Made by a program: the position numbers and the translations under genes
The notes under the pieces: model-generated
Told to the model about the DNA's origin: nothing
Seen by the model: the letters and a program-made list of their open reading frames with translations, nothing else
The model's database searches: none
Shown here: one piece after another, positions 30,173 to 39,319 of the stretch
How the letters are laid out: each line of letters starts with the position of its first letter
Numbering within the stretch: the first letter of the stretch is position 1
Assembly: GCA_016214345.1 (NCBI GenBank)
Contig: JACROR010000009.1
Coordinates: 66,447 to 130,446 of the forward strand
DNA length: 64,000 nucleotides
Origin: Candidatus Niyogibacteria bacterium
GTDB taxonomy: Bacteria; Patescibacteriota; Minisyncoccia; JACROR01
Direction: 5' to 3'

Positions 30173-31210
30173 TTATGATACCGTGGTGCGCGGCCTGATC
30201 GGCGCTTGGTAATTGATAGCCGGAGTCGGCGGGATATTGTAGATCGGCGCCGGAGCGTTGCTTACCGCGGGAGCCGTGGGCGGTTGGGCGGAAGTTTGCT
30301 CTTGGAACATATTTTTTTGCAATTCCTGTATTTGTTTCAAGCTGTAGATAAGGTTAGTTCTGGCGTAGGTGTTATCCGTAGTTCGCGCGCTTTCAATGTT
30401 GTAGATCCACAAAGTTACAAGGGTCATGAGCGCCGCGAATCCTCCGTAGACCAGCGCCAAATTAGGCAGGTCTTCTTTGAGGGGCAACGCGGGTATCATG
30501 GAGAACGCTTCTGTTTTGATGAATTTTTTTTCGACTCCCAAATTTTCCAGATCATCGGTGATGGATGCCATGAACGGACCCGGCCCGCATAAGAAAAAAG
30601 TTTTTCCGCGCAATTGATTTTTAAGAGCGGCGCTGATGATCTTTGCGCCCAATCTTTCGTTTATCATGCGTTCTGCTCCTTCCGGGATGCCGCTGTCAGT
30701 GACGGCAAAAAATGCTTTAAAATTAGGGTTAGCCGCCTCCAGTTTTTTTATTTCTTCATAGTAAAGTATTTTATCTGTCCAACGGCTGCTGTATAGAAGG
30801 GTTAATTTGTTCGGCAGTTTTTTGTCCGCGGCGTAACGAATAGAGCTTAAGAGCGGCGTGATGCCCACTCCTCCGGCGATAAAGACCGTGTCTCGGTCCA
30901 TGTGCGGATCAAAAATAAAATTGCCGTAAGGTCCGTATACGAATATTTCTTTTCCCGGCGTAAGTTTTGCCAGACTTTGGGTGAATTTACCTTTGATTTT
31001 TATGCCGAACTCGATCAAGGGAACGTTTTCCGGCGAGCTTGCTATGGAAAAGGCGTGCGGACTTACCAATTTTCCGTTTTCGTCATAAAAAGCAAGCATG
31101 GCATATTGTCCTGGAAGGAAATCGATCATTTTTTCTTTTATGGCCGACATCAGGTCTAGGATAATGATGTCTTCGCAGGTTATTTTTATGTTTTGTATAA
31201 GATATTTCAT
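30173..31210 (-). CDS. FNR-family FAD/NAD(P)H oxidoreductase with C-terminal TM and Pro-rich tail
   Basis: PGQY, HAFSIAS, GPYG, AGGVGITP, CGPGPF and EAF motifs, then one TM and a tail ending RPRTTVS. Confidence 0.85.
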   Translation of the reverse strand: MKYLIQNIKITCEDIIILDLMSAIKEKMIDFLPGQYAMLAFYDENGKLVSPHAFSIASSPENVPLIEFGIKIKGKFTQSLAKLTPGKEIFVYGPYGNFIFDPHMDRDTVFIAGGVGITPLLSSIRYAADKKLPNKLTLLYSSRWTDKILYYEEIKKLEAANPNFKAFFAVTDSGIPEGAERMINERLGAKIISAALKNQLRGKTFFLCGPGPFMASITDDLENLGVEKKFIKTEAFSMIPALPLKEDLPNLALVYGGFAALMTLVTLWIYNIESARTTDNTYARTNLIYSLKQIQELQKNMFQEQTSAQPPTAPAVSNAPAPIYNIPPTPAINYQAPIRPRTTVS

Positions 31211-31217
31211 ATTTTTA

Positions 31218-31304
31218 TTGCGTCTAGTGAGGAGCGAAGTGTCCGCTAGCTGGCGGATCGCACTTCGTCCCTGCCTACCGGCAGGCAGGCGAGTGACGAC
31301 GCAA
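31218..31304. repeat. nested palindromic element
   Basis: TTGCGTC..GACGCAA encloses CGAAGTG..CACTTCG (with TCCGCTAGCTGGCGGA inside) and CCTGCCTACCGGCAGGCAGG. Confidence 0.65.
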
Positions 31305-31382
31305 CAAAAGGTTTAATACCTTTTATTTTATCATTGTTCGTCATTTGAGTGAAAATAGTGATAAGGGCCTTTTAGGAATATA

Positions 31383-31805
31383 ATGGAAATAATGGGTTTT
31401 ATCATATTGCCTCACACGGCTGATTTGCGTATGCGAGTGGACGGTTTGAGCTTACAAGAGCTTTTTTTAGGCGCTTTTGAGGGCATGATGCGTGTTTTGA
31501 AAGAGCGAAAGCCGTCGCGAGAAGCTGCCAAAATCTTCAAGCGCCGAATTAAAATTTCATCAGCGGACGCGTCGGCGTTGTTAGTGGATTTTTTGAACGA
31601 AGTTTTATACAACGCGTACAGCCATAAGGAAATTTATTTGAGTGTCGCGTTTAAAAACATATCAAATACGGAACTTGAAGCGGAGATCTTCGGCGTGCCG
31701 GTGGAAGATTTTGACGAAGACATTAAAGCCACGACTTATCACGAGGCGGACATAAAAAAGAATAAGAGCGGAAAATGGGAAACCGTGCTGGTATTTGATA
31801 TTTGA
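31383..31805 (+). CDS. archease
   Basis: HTAD N-terminal motif; IKATTYH; C-terminal FDI. Confidence 0.9.
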   Translation: MEIMGFIILPHTADLRMRVDGLSLQELFLGAFEGMMRVLKERKPSREAAKIFKRRIKISSADASALLVDFLNEVLYNAYSHKEIYLSVAFKNISNTELEAEIFGVPVEDFDEDIKATTYHEADIKKNKSGKWETVLVFDI

Positions 31806-31808
31806 GCT

Positions 31809-33239
31809 ATGGTTATAAAAGATTTTAAAAAAATAAACGACCATCTTTGGGAGATTTCCCGGTCTTTCCGGGAAGACATGCGTGTTCCGGCGCGAATCTA
31901 CGCTACGGAGAAAATGCTTTTAGATTCTTTGGAAGACAGGTCCGCGGAACAATTGGTCAACGTGGCCACGCTGCCCGGAATTTATAAATACGCTCTTGCC
32001 ATGCCTGATATCCATGAGGGCTATGGCTTTCCGATCGGCGGCGTTGCCGCCATGGACGCCAAGAATGGCGTGATCTCTCCCGGCGGCATAGGCTATGACA
32101 TAAATTGCGGCGTGCGCCTTTTGCGCTCTGATCTGGCGGCGGATGTGATTTTACCGCGCCTAAATGATCTGGGTGGCAGAATTTTTGCCGAAGTTCCGTC
32201 CGGCGCTGGGAGAAGTGGAATTTTAAAATTATCCGGCAAGGATTTGGATCTAGTTTTGAAATGCGGCGCGCGCGGCTTGGTAGCCATGGGTTACGAAGAA
32301 AAAGAAGACTTGGAGTTTATTGAATCGGGAGGAGAATTGCCGGACGCTGATCCCGCGATGGTATCTTCGCGGGCTAAAACGCGCGGACAAGACCAGTTGG
32401 GAACCATGGGCGCGGGAAATCATTTTGTGGAGGTGGGCTTTGTGGAGAAAATTTTTTCTAAAGACGCGGCAGAGGCCTTTGGTCTTTTTTTGGGGCAGGT
32501 TACCGTTTTGATACATACCGGATCGCGCGGATTAGGGCATCAAGTGGCTACCGACCATATTCGTACCATGATGGCGGCCATGCCCAAATACGGCATAAGG
32601 ATTCCGGATCGGGAACTTGCGTGCGCGCCTTTTCGTTCCGAAGAAGGACAGAATTATTTTAAAGCCATGAGTGCTGCCGCGAATTTCGCGTGGGCTAATC
32701 GCCAGTTGATCGCTTGGGAAGTGAGAAAGGCGTGGAAAGATATTTTAGGCGATAGCGGTGGAGAATTAAAAACAGTTTACGATGTCGCGCATAATCTGGC
32801 AAAAATTGAAAAATACGAAAGCTTGGAATTATTGGTGCATCGTAAGGGCGCCACCGGATCTTTTGCCAAGGGAAATTCGGAGATTCCTTCGCGCTATCGG
32901 AACGTGGGCCAGCCGGTGCTTATTCCGGGAAGCATGGGGACGGCTTCTTATATTTTGGCGGGAGCGGAAGGCGCGATGGAAAATACTTTCGGCACGGCGG
33001 CTCACGGCGCGGGACGTTCCATGTCCCGCACCGAAGCGAGAAAACATGTTGAGGCGCGCGCGTTGCGAGAACGATTAGAGGCGGAAGGAATTTATGTGTT
33101 CGCCGGATCCTTGCGGGGGATCGCCGAAGAAGCTCCGGCAGCTTATAAAGACATTGATTCGGTGGTGGACACGGTGGAAGCCGTTGGTATGGCGAAAAAG
33201 GTGGCACGGCTGCGCCCTCTCGCGGTTATCAAGGGTTAG
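31809..33239 (+). CDS. rtcB: RtcB RNA ligase
   Basis: PDIHEGYGFPIG, DINCG, GNHF, HTGSRG, HN, HRKGA and HGAGR motifs. Confidence 0.95.
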   Translation: MVIKDFKKINDHLWEISRSFREDMRVPARIYATEKMLLDSLEDRSAEQLVNVATLPGIYKYALAMPDIHEGYGFPIGGVAAMDAKNGVISPGGIGYDINCGVRLLRSDLAADVILPRLNDLGGRIFAEVPSGAGRSGILKLSGKDLDLVLKCGARGLVAMGYEEKEDLEFIESGGELPDADPAMVSSRAKTRGQDQLGTMGAGNHFVEVGFVEKIFSKDAAEAFGLFLGQVTVLIHTGSRGLGHQVATDHIRTMMAAMPKYGIRIPDRELACAPFRSEEGQNYFKAMSAAANFAWANRQLIAWEVRKAWKDILGDSGGELKTVYDVAHNLAKIEKYESLELLVHRKGATGSFAKGNSEIPSRYRNVGQPVLIPGSMGTASYILAGAEGAMENTFGTAAHGAGRSMSRTEARKHVEARALRERLEAEGIYVFAGSLRGIAEEAPAAYKDIDSVVDTVEAVGMAKKVARLRPLAVIKG

Positions 33240-33274
33240 TGGTTTCTTTTATTTATTTTTGTTAAAATACTTTT

Positions 33275-33442
33275 ATGATAAAAAATAAATTAGCGGCAAG
33301 TGTTAGAAAGCATATACGAGGAGAAAAGCTTCGTTTAAGAAAAGCCGGATTATCGGAAGAGGATCTTAAGAGACAGATCGCGGAACTTTATAAAAAATGG
33401 GAGAAAAAATCAGGCGCGGTCGGGCCTGAAAAAAGCGGGTAA
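33275..33442 (+). CDS. small basic hypothetical protein, 55 aa (not in ORF track)
   Basis: MIKNKLAASVRKHIRGEKLRLRKAGLSEEDLKRQIAELYKKW..; TG-n-TAAAAT ends 6 nt upstream. Confidence 0.55.
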   Translation: MIKNKLAASVRKHIRGEKLRLRKAGLSEEDLKRQIAELYKKWEKKSGAVGPEKSG

Positions 33443-33472
33443 AAACCGTTAAAGTTAAAAAATAAAAAAACC

Positions 33473-33679
33473 ATGTTAGAAAATCATAATTTTGATCTGG
33501 TCCACGCGTTATCCAAGAAAAATAGCGCGCTTTGGCGTTACGGCGAGCATTACAAGAGAAACGCGGAAGGATGCGAGTTTTGCCAAAAACTCTGGAAGAC
33601 GCTGGAAGCAGACGACGATAAACATGTGGAGATGCTCAAGGCGGAGATCAGGCGGCATATTAATGAAGGCAGGTTTTAA
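33473..33679 (+). CDS. small ferritin-like two-helix protein
   Basis: 68 aa with ALWRY..CEFC..DDDKHVEML. Confidence 0.6.
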   Translation: MLENHNFDLVHALSKKNSALWRYGEHYKRNAEGCEFCQKLWKTLEADDDKHVEMLKAEIRRHINEGRF

Positions 33680-33695
33680 TTTATGTTTTGGAACC

Positions 33696-33726
33696 GTTTA
33701 CTTGGAAGCTTAGCTTCCAAGTAAAC
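33696..33726. repeat. REP-like palindrome
   Basis: GTTTACTTGGAAGCT-T-AGCTTCCAAGTAAAC. Confidence 0.75.
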
Positions 33727-33752
33727 GTGGATAAAGCGGTTTATTAAAATTT

Positions 33753-34508
33753 ATGCAAGAAGAAAAACATTTTTTTCATAAAAAAATTTTTATGGGGACG
33801 CTTTCGGTGTTGAGCATCGCGCTCTCTATTTTGGTTTTTGCGAAAATAGTTTCTGAAATTAAGTCCTTATCAATTAAAGGAACACAAATCCCGAGTATCA
33901 CGGTTTCCGGTGAAGGCAAGGTTTTTACCAGGCCGGATATCGGACAAGTGTCTTTGTCCGTGGTGGGCGAAAGTAAAACCGCGGTTGAAGCGCAATCGCT
34001 CGCTACCGCGTCCATAAATAAGGCCACGGATTTTTTAAACAAAAAAGGCGTTGATAAAAAAGACATAAAAACTACCGGCTATTCTATTAATCCGCTTTAT
34101 GATTATAAGGAGGGCGAGAGAATTTTTCGCGGTTATGAAGTGAGACAAAGTTTAGAGGTAAAAATAAGAGATATTGATAAAGCGGGGGAGATTTTAGCGG
34201 GCGTAACATCCGCGGGAATCAATCAGGTGGGGCAGTTATTTTTTACGGTGGAAAATCCGGACAATATAAGGGCGGAAGTTAGAAAACAGGCGATTGATAA
34301 CGCCAAGAGCAAGGCGCGAGCGTTGGCAAAAGACTTAGGCGTCAGATTGGGGGATATTTTGAGTTTTAATGAATCTTACGGCGGAATCCAACCGATATAT
34401 CGGGAAGCGATTTTCGCGCCCATGGGCAAGGGTGGCTCGGCGCCCGAAGTGCCTGTGGGAGAAAATGAGATTGTGGTTACTGTAAGTTTGGTTTACGAAA
34501 TTAAATAA
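33753..34508 (+). CDS. SIMPL (DUF541) domain protein
   Basis: TM, ITVSGEGKV..PD, AIDNAKSKA..LA, and C-terminal V.LVYEI. Confidence 0.9.
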   Translation: MQEEKHFFHKKIFMGTLSVLSIALSILVFAKIVSEIKSLSIKGTQIPSITVSGEGKVFTRPDIGQVSLSVVGESKTAVEAQSLATASINKATDFLNKKGVDKKDIKTTGYSINPLYDYKEGERIFRGYEVRQSLEVKIRDIDKAGEILAGVTSAGINQVGQLFFTVENPDNIRAEVRKQAIDNAKSKARALAKDLGVRLGDILSFNESYGGIQPIYREAIFAPMGKGGSAPEVPVGENEIVVTVSLVYEIK

Positions 34509-35036
34509 ATGGCCCCAAATAATTTATATTTGATCCTGCATAATATCAGGAGCCTTTATAATGTGGGATCGATGTTTAGGACCGCGGATGCGGCCGGAGT
34601 TTCTAAGATATTTTTGACCGGTTATACCGGAGCGCCCCAAGACAGATTGGGCAATGCGCGCAAAGGCATACACAAAGTGGCATTGGGCGCGGAAAATTCC
34701 GTACCCTGGGAGAGGCGCGCTGATCTGCCGAGCTTGATTGAAAAGTTGCGCCGGGAAAAAGTTTTTATTTTGGCGTTGGAGCAATCTCCGAAATCTTTTA
34801 ATTATGAAAAAGCCGAGAGCTATTTGCGTAAAAGAAAAATTGCCAACAAATTTTTCGGCATCGCGCTTCTAGTCGGCAATGAGGTCCGCGGTCTATCGCC
34901 CCAAATTCTTAAAAAATGCGATGCCATTATGGAAATTCCCATGCGCGGCAAAAAAGAATCATTGAATGTGTCAGTTGCGGCGGGAATTGCTATATTTAAA
35001 CTTCGCGAAACGTTATTTACCCTGCTATTGACATAA
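34509..35036 (+). CDS. SpoU/TrmH-family RNA methyltransferase
   Basis: NIRSLYNVGSMFRTADA, GNEVRG and ESLNVSVA motifs. Confidence 0.9.
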   Translation: MAPNNLYLILHNIRSLYNVGSMFRTADAAGVSKIFLTGYTGAPQDRLGNARKGIHKVALGAENSVPWERRADLPSLIEKLRREKVFILALEQSPKSFNYEKAESYLRKRKIANKFFGIALLVGNEVRGLSPQILKKCDAIMEIPMRGKKESLNVSVAAGIAIFKLRETLFTLLLT

Positions 35037-35102
35037 TTAGCTTAATGTGCTAAATTTTTATTTAAGTTAACATGGTACTTTAAAATGCATGGATTGGAGG
35101 TG
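35028..35102 (+). promoter_or_regulatory. promoter + boxA-like motif + SD
   Basis: TTGACA-17-TAAATT; GGTACTTTAAAA 35074-85; GGAGG 35096-100. Confidence 0.6.
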
Positions 35103-35107
35103 AGTTT

Positions 35108-35350
35108 ATGGGCATTGATTGGGAGGGTATTATTGGAAGATTATCTTCTGGAAATAGTGCGGGAGAAAGATATGGCGAAGCTCTTATGGCCGCGCAGGAC
35201 GACATACACAGATTGTTTGATCTAGCAAATGAAGAAGAAGCTACGGGAAAGATCTTGATGTCTTCTGAGGATCGTGAACAGCTAGAGGCGTTGAAGCGCC
35301 CACTGTCCATGAAAGCGATTGGCAGGCTGGTAAGGGAAACTGAGGATTAA
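35108..35350 (+). CDS. hypothetical protein
   Basis: 80 aa with a strong SD and its own promoter. Confidence 0.65.
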   Translation: MGIDWEGIIGRLSSGNSAGERYGEALMAAQDDIHRLFDLANEEEATGKILMSSEDREQLEALKRPLSMKAIGRLVRETED

Positions 35351-35367
35351 GAAAGGAGCTGATTGGT

Positions 35368-35478
35368 ATGGGCATAATTGAGCGCTTTTTTGGTGGAATG
35401 GTACACCTCTTGGGAGGTACTGATTGGAATGGGAGAGCTGACGAAGAAATTCAGATCCTCGCAAGATACGAGGACTGA
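35368..35478 (+). CDS. 36-aa small protein (not in ORF track)
   Basis: AAGGAG SD; MGIIERFFGGMVHLLGGTDWNGRADEEIQILARYED; followed by a terminator. Confidence 0.4.
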   Translation: MGIIERFFGGMVHLLGGTDWNGRADEEIQILARYED

Positions 35479-35480
35479 AT

Positions 35481-35512
35481 AAAAATGGGCGTCTAAAACG
35501 GCGCCCATTTTT
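35481..35512. terminator. intrinsic terminator
   Basis: AAAAATGGGCGTC..GGCGCCCATTTTT. Confidence 0.75.
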
Positions 35513-35561
35513 TGTTATATTTTTGCATAATTTATGATAAAAATGGTTTATAATTATAAAT

Positions 35562-36209
35562 ATGATTAAAAAGTTTGAGAATTTTGAAACTAGAGAATAT
35601 TTAGACGCGGGCATTGCCGTAGCGGTGGAGGGCGAGGCGGCTCGGGCGGCTTTGTCTATGGCAGAGGAAATTGCCAAGCGAGCCCCAACGGTTTTTCGTA
35701 TTGATGCCAAGCATCTTCCGCATATTACTTTATTTCAAGGCAGATTTCCCGCGCGCTCGCAAGAAGCGCTAAATGAATATTTTCAAAAAATAACACGGGA
35801 ACAAGGTGTGCCGTTAAGGATTGAAATGGAAGATAGTTTGTTCGCGCGTCCTAATGGCAATATATTTTGGAATGTTAAAAAAACTCCGGAAATTATAGGA
35901 CTCCACAAGGAAATGAATGACATTTTGCGTCCATTGACTGACGGCATGTTAATGCGGCAATTTTCAGACTTGCTTAAAGGCGCGTCTTTAAGCGAAGAAG
36001 ACCGTCATCAAATTGAAAAATATGGCGCATTGTTGGCCGGTGATAAATATATGCCGCACATTACTTTATGCAGATTGGAGCGCGCGAAGGATGTTGATTC
36101 AATTAAGAATATTAAACCTCCGAGCGTTATTTTTTCTGCCGAAAAATTTATAGGAGGCGAGCTTGGCTATTACGGAACAATCGACAAAGTTATTTTTGAG
36201 GAAAAATAA
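35562..36209 (+). CDS. 2H phosphoesterase (2'-5' RNA ligase/CPDase-like)
   Basis: Two HxT motifs: PHITLF and PHITLC. Confidence 0.8.
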   Translation: MIKKFENFETREYLDAGIAVAVEGEAARAALSMAEEIAKRAPTVFRIDAKHLPHITLFQGRFPARSQEALNEYFQKITREQGVPLRIEMEDSLFARPNGNIFWNVKKTPEIIGLHKEMNDILRPLTDGMLMRQFSDLLKGASLSEEDRHQIEKYGALLAGDKYMPHITLCRLERAKDVDSIKNIKPPSVIFSAEKFIGGELGYYGTIDKVIFEEK

Positions 36210-36219
36210 GCGATCAAAT

Positions 36220-37095
36220 TTAGTACGAATATTCGCTTACCAAACGACCTTCTTTATCCCAAAGCGTTATTTTTTCGTATTTGTCTTTCCATAATTCCGT
36301 ATCTTTGTCTAAATATATCCGCCATTCTTTGGAGTAAAATTTTTCATTATTTTTTTCGTTCTCCACGCATCCGGCGTAATTAAAATTGGTTTCTATCACG
36401 GCGCGGCAAGTATCTTGGGTCATCAAGGGGACATTTTGCGGCATCACGCAGCGCGGCAAGTTTTCAATATAATTTATGCAGGCATCGTCTTTCATATTAT
36501 ATAGCCCCGGGATATTTTTAGGATAAGGACACTGTTCGGGAAGATTGGGAATAAAATTTTGGAACTGGCTGAAATAGCCGGTACAGGTATTCAGTCGGAA
36601 ATTAGTGGCAATGGGGCTATTGCCGGTGAGTATTATGGCTTTTCCTCCGGGCTCCAGCCGTATGTCTGCTTGGGGATTCACTCTGGCGGAATACGGTAAA
36701 TATGCTCCTTGTCTTATTTTAATGATGGTGCCGGCTTTGTTGGTGAGGGCCCAGTCAGTTATGTTGATGTTCTCCGTATTTCCATAGGACGCGGCGAGAG
36801 TAATGTATTCTTCTTTAGGATTGGTCGCGCGCGCCGCATCCGTTCCAATACTTATTTGGTTCTTGTAAGGAGATTCTCCGGGAGCGCCTGTGTCTTTTTT
36901 GGGTGGAATTGCCGCGGTTTTTTCTTCGCTCGCGGGTGATTGGCTGACGGAGCTTGGGGGCTCCAGAATAATTCCGCCAGTTTCAAATCTGCCTCCCTGC
37001 GAATACCACATTACGGCGAGAATCAGCAAAAATAATATTAGCCATCCATAATCTTGGCTGGTTCCAGAACTCTTAGCTCCATGGCTCTTTTCCAT
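36220..37095 (-). CDS. membrane-anchored lamin-tail-like domain protein
   Basis: TM, EEYITL..NITDWAL, Cys-rich insert, ITLWDKEGRLV. Confidence 0.65.
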   Translation of the reverse strand: MEKSHGAKSSGTSQDYGWLILFLLILAVMWYSQGGRFETGGIILEPPSSVSQSPASEEKTAAIPPKKDTGAPGESPYKNQISIGTDAARATNPKEEYITLAASYGNTENINITDWALTNKAGTIIKIRQGAYLPYSARVNPQADIRLEPGGKAIILTGNSPIATNFRLNTCTGYFSQFQNFIPNLPEQCPYPKNIPGLYNMKDDACINYIENLPRCVMPQNVPLMTQDTCRAVIETNFNYAGCVENEKNNEKFYSKEWRIYLDKDTELWKDKYEKITLWDKEGRLVSEYSY

Positions 37096-37199
37096 TATTT
37101 AATGGTAGTACAACCACGCGGCGAATAAAAGCGCGCGAATTTCGCAGGTATTTTTGCTATTTATTTCCCGTCTTTTAAATAATAAATAAATTTTTAATA

Positions 37200-37235
37200 T
37201 ACAGTAAAATTCCGCGACCGCGGAAAATAAATGTA
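37200..37235 (+). repeat. 36-bp palindromic repeat, copy 1
   Basis: TACAGTAAAATTCCGCGACCGCGGAAAATAAATGTA. Confidence 0.8.
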
Positions 37236-37268
37236 TATTAAATACAATGAATGTAATATAATAAATGT

Positions 37269-37832
37269 ATGGGAAAAATAGAACAACAAATCGCTAAAAA
37301 TCGACGGCGAACGAATATAAAAAAGATAATTCTCGGGTCAGTGGCATTAGTCGGTATTTTAAGTGTTGGCATGGTGGCGCCGAATGTCTTGGGATCGATG
37401 GCGAAGCTCGGTATTTTGCCGCGCCGACGCCAGAAAGAAATTATCAATCAATCGCGCGAGCGATTAGTGCGACAAGGATTACTGCAATATACTAATGGCA
37501 AGCTAAGACTCACCACTAAGGGTGAGACGGTTTTGCGCCGCTTGGAGCTGTCGGAATATAGATTCAAAAAACCTATACGCTGGGACGGTCGTTGGCGGGT
37601 GCTTATTTTTGATATTCCTGAAAAGAGAAAAGGATTGCGTGATAGGGTTCGCGATACCCTGGTCGCCATAGGTTTTGTACACGCACAAGACAGCGTCTGG
37701 ATTTATCCATACGATTGCGAGGATATGGTTACCTTACTTAAGGCGGATTTTAAGATAGGCAAGGATTTACTTTATTTGGTGGTAGAAAAAATGGAGTACG
37801 ATACGGCCTTCAAAGATCATTTCGGTTTATAA
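37269..37832 (+). CDS. PaaX-like protein with Cas2-like ferredoxin domain
   Basis: wHTH-like RLVRQGLL..LTTKG, then WDGRWRVLIFDIPE..GF..QDSVWIYP. Confidence 0.8.
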   Translation: MGKIEQQIAKNRRRTNIKKIILGSVALVGILSVGMVAPNVLGSMAKLGILPRRRQKEIINQSRERLVRQGLLQYTNGKLRLTTKGETVLRRLELSEYRFKKPIRWDGRWRVLIFDIPEKRKGLRDRVRDTLVAIGFVHAQDSVWIYPYDCEDMVTLLKADFKIGKDLLYLVVEKMEYDTAFKDHFGL

Positions 37833-37881
37833 AAATCTAAATTATTCTGCAAAATATACTTTTTATAGGTAAAGATGTTTC

Positions 37882-37917
37882 TACATTAAAAATCCGCGAC
37901 CGCGGATTTTTAATGTA
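37882..37917 (+). repeat. 36-bp palindromic repeat, copy 2
   Basis: TACATTAAAAATCCGCG-AC-CGCGGATTTTTAATGTA with perfect 17-bp arms; 30/36 identical to copy 1. Confidence 0.85.
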
Positions 37918-38013
37918 AGGAATATAATAAATGGTCTATATTGTATGTGTGGCATATCATGCGAATATTTGTTAAAATACAACCATTATATTATCAATTA
38001 AAATATTAAAAAT

Positions 38014-38415
38014 ATGTTAAGCGTTTTTCCGCAGTTGTTCGCGTTTCAGATGCTGGCGCCATTTATTTTGCGACTTGTCTTGGGGCTGGTTTTCGTGGCG
38101 CACGGCTATCCGAAATTATTCAAGAATTTTTCGGAAACCGCCGGATTTTTCGGGATGTTGGGTTTAAGGCCGGCGAAGTTTTGGGTTTTGGTGGTTGGCG
38201 TGGTTGAATTTTTTGGAGGGATTTTATTGTTGCTTGGTTTGTTCACGCAGGCGGCGGCGGCATTGATAGCGATAGATATGATCGTCGCCATGTTATTGGT
38301 AAGCCGCAAAAAAGGATTCGTGGGAGGTTATGAATTTGATCTGGCATTGCTCGCCATGGCGCTCTCTTTGCTGGTTTTGGGTTCGGGCACATTCGCGTTC
38401 GACGTCATGTTTTAG
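38014..38415 (+). CDS. DoxX family membrane protein
   Basis: LRLVLG..HGYPKL, EFFGG..LGLFT and GYEF motifs. Confidence 0.9.
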   Translation: MLSVFPQLFAFQMLAPFILRLVLGLVFVAHGYPKLFKNFSETAGFFGMLGLRPAKFWVLVVGVVEFFGGILLLLGLFTQAAAALIAIDMIVAMLLVSRKKGFVGGYEFDLALLAMALSLLVLGSGTFAFDVMF

Positions 38416-38478
38416 CGATCGTTCATGTTATTAACAAAAAGCTCGCCAAACGGCGGGTTTTTTGCTATATTGTTTTTG

Positions 38479-39294
38479 ATGAAGGACACGGTCGTATTTG
38501 ATATAGAAACCAAAAAAAGTTTTGATGATGTGGGAGGCAGAGATCACATGGACCTTTTGGGCATATCCGTGCTCTGCGCTTATTCTTATAATAAGGACGC
38601 GTATTTCGCGTTCGAAGAACACGAAGTGAGTGGATTTAAAAAAATGTTGGATGAGGCGGATACTCTGATAGGATTTAACATTAAGGGCTTTGATATTCCG
38701 GTGATGGAGCCGTATATTCCGGCGGCTTCTTACAACTTGGCGGTTTTGGATCTGATGGACGATGTGGTGCGAGGCGCCGGTTTTCGTATCTCTTTGGATA
38801 ATTTGGCGGGCACGACTTTGGGCGTTAAAAAAAGCGCGGACGGTTTACAGGCACTCCAGTGGTATAAAGAAGGCAAAATAGACGAGATTAAAAAATATTG
38901 CACGCAGGATGTGCGGGTTACCAAAGAATTGTACGAGCACGGCAAGGCGCATGGGAACATTTCATTTTTTTCGCGCGATCAGATGAGGAAAATGGCTATT
39001 CCCGTATCTTGGGGAAGTCCGGCGCAAAAAGACGTTTCTTTCGTTTTGCGCGAAGCGCTTGCGGAGCGGCGGAGTGTGGAAATAGATTATGTCACCGGAA
39101 CCGCGTCTTCGTCTTCCGATGAACCGCGCAACACGCGTCTGGTGGACATTTACAAATTGAGCAAGGAAGTTTTTGAAGGGTATTGCCATTTGCGGCGCGC
39201 GCCGCGTATTTTTAAAGTTGACCGCGTCTTATCCGCTAAAATTACCGGAAATCCTTATGTTATAAAAGAGGATATTCAGGACTCTCTTTTTTGA
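38479..39294 (+). CDS. RNase H-like DEDD exonuclease (YprB/RNase_H_2) fused to a WYL domain
   Basis: FDIET, GFNIKGFD and YCTQDV, then IDY..RNTRLVD..GYCHLRRAPRIFKVDRV. Confidence 0.75.
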   Translation: MKDTVVFDIETKKSFDDVGGRDHMDLLGISVLCAYSYNKDAYFAFEEHEVSGFKKMLDEADTLIGFNIKGFDIPVMEPYIPAASYNLAVLDLMDDVVRGAGFRISLDNLAGTTLGVKKSADGLQALQWYKEGKIDEIKKYCTQDVRVTKELYEHGKAHGNISFFSRDQMRKMAIPVSWGSPAQKDVSFVLREALAERRSVEIDYVTGTASSSSDEPRNTRLVDIYKLSKEVFEGYCHLRRAPRIFKVDRVLSAKITGNPYVIKEDIQDSLF

Positions 39295-39319
39295 AAGAAA
39301 TACTTTAGTATAAAAGCCA

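Noticed and set aside
37200-37917. CRISPR-Cas locus
   Set aside because: Only two repeats, separated by a whole gene; no spacers, cas1 or effector genes.
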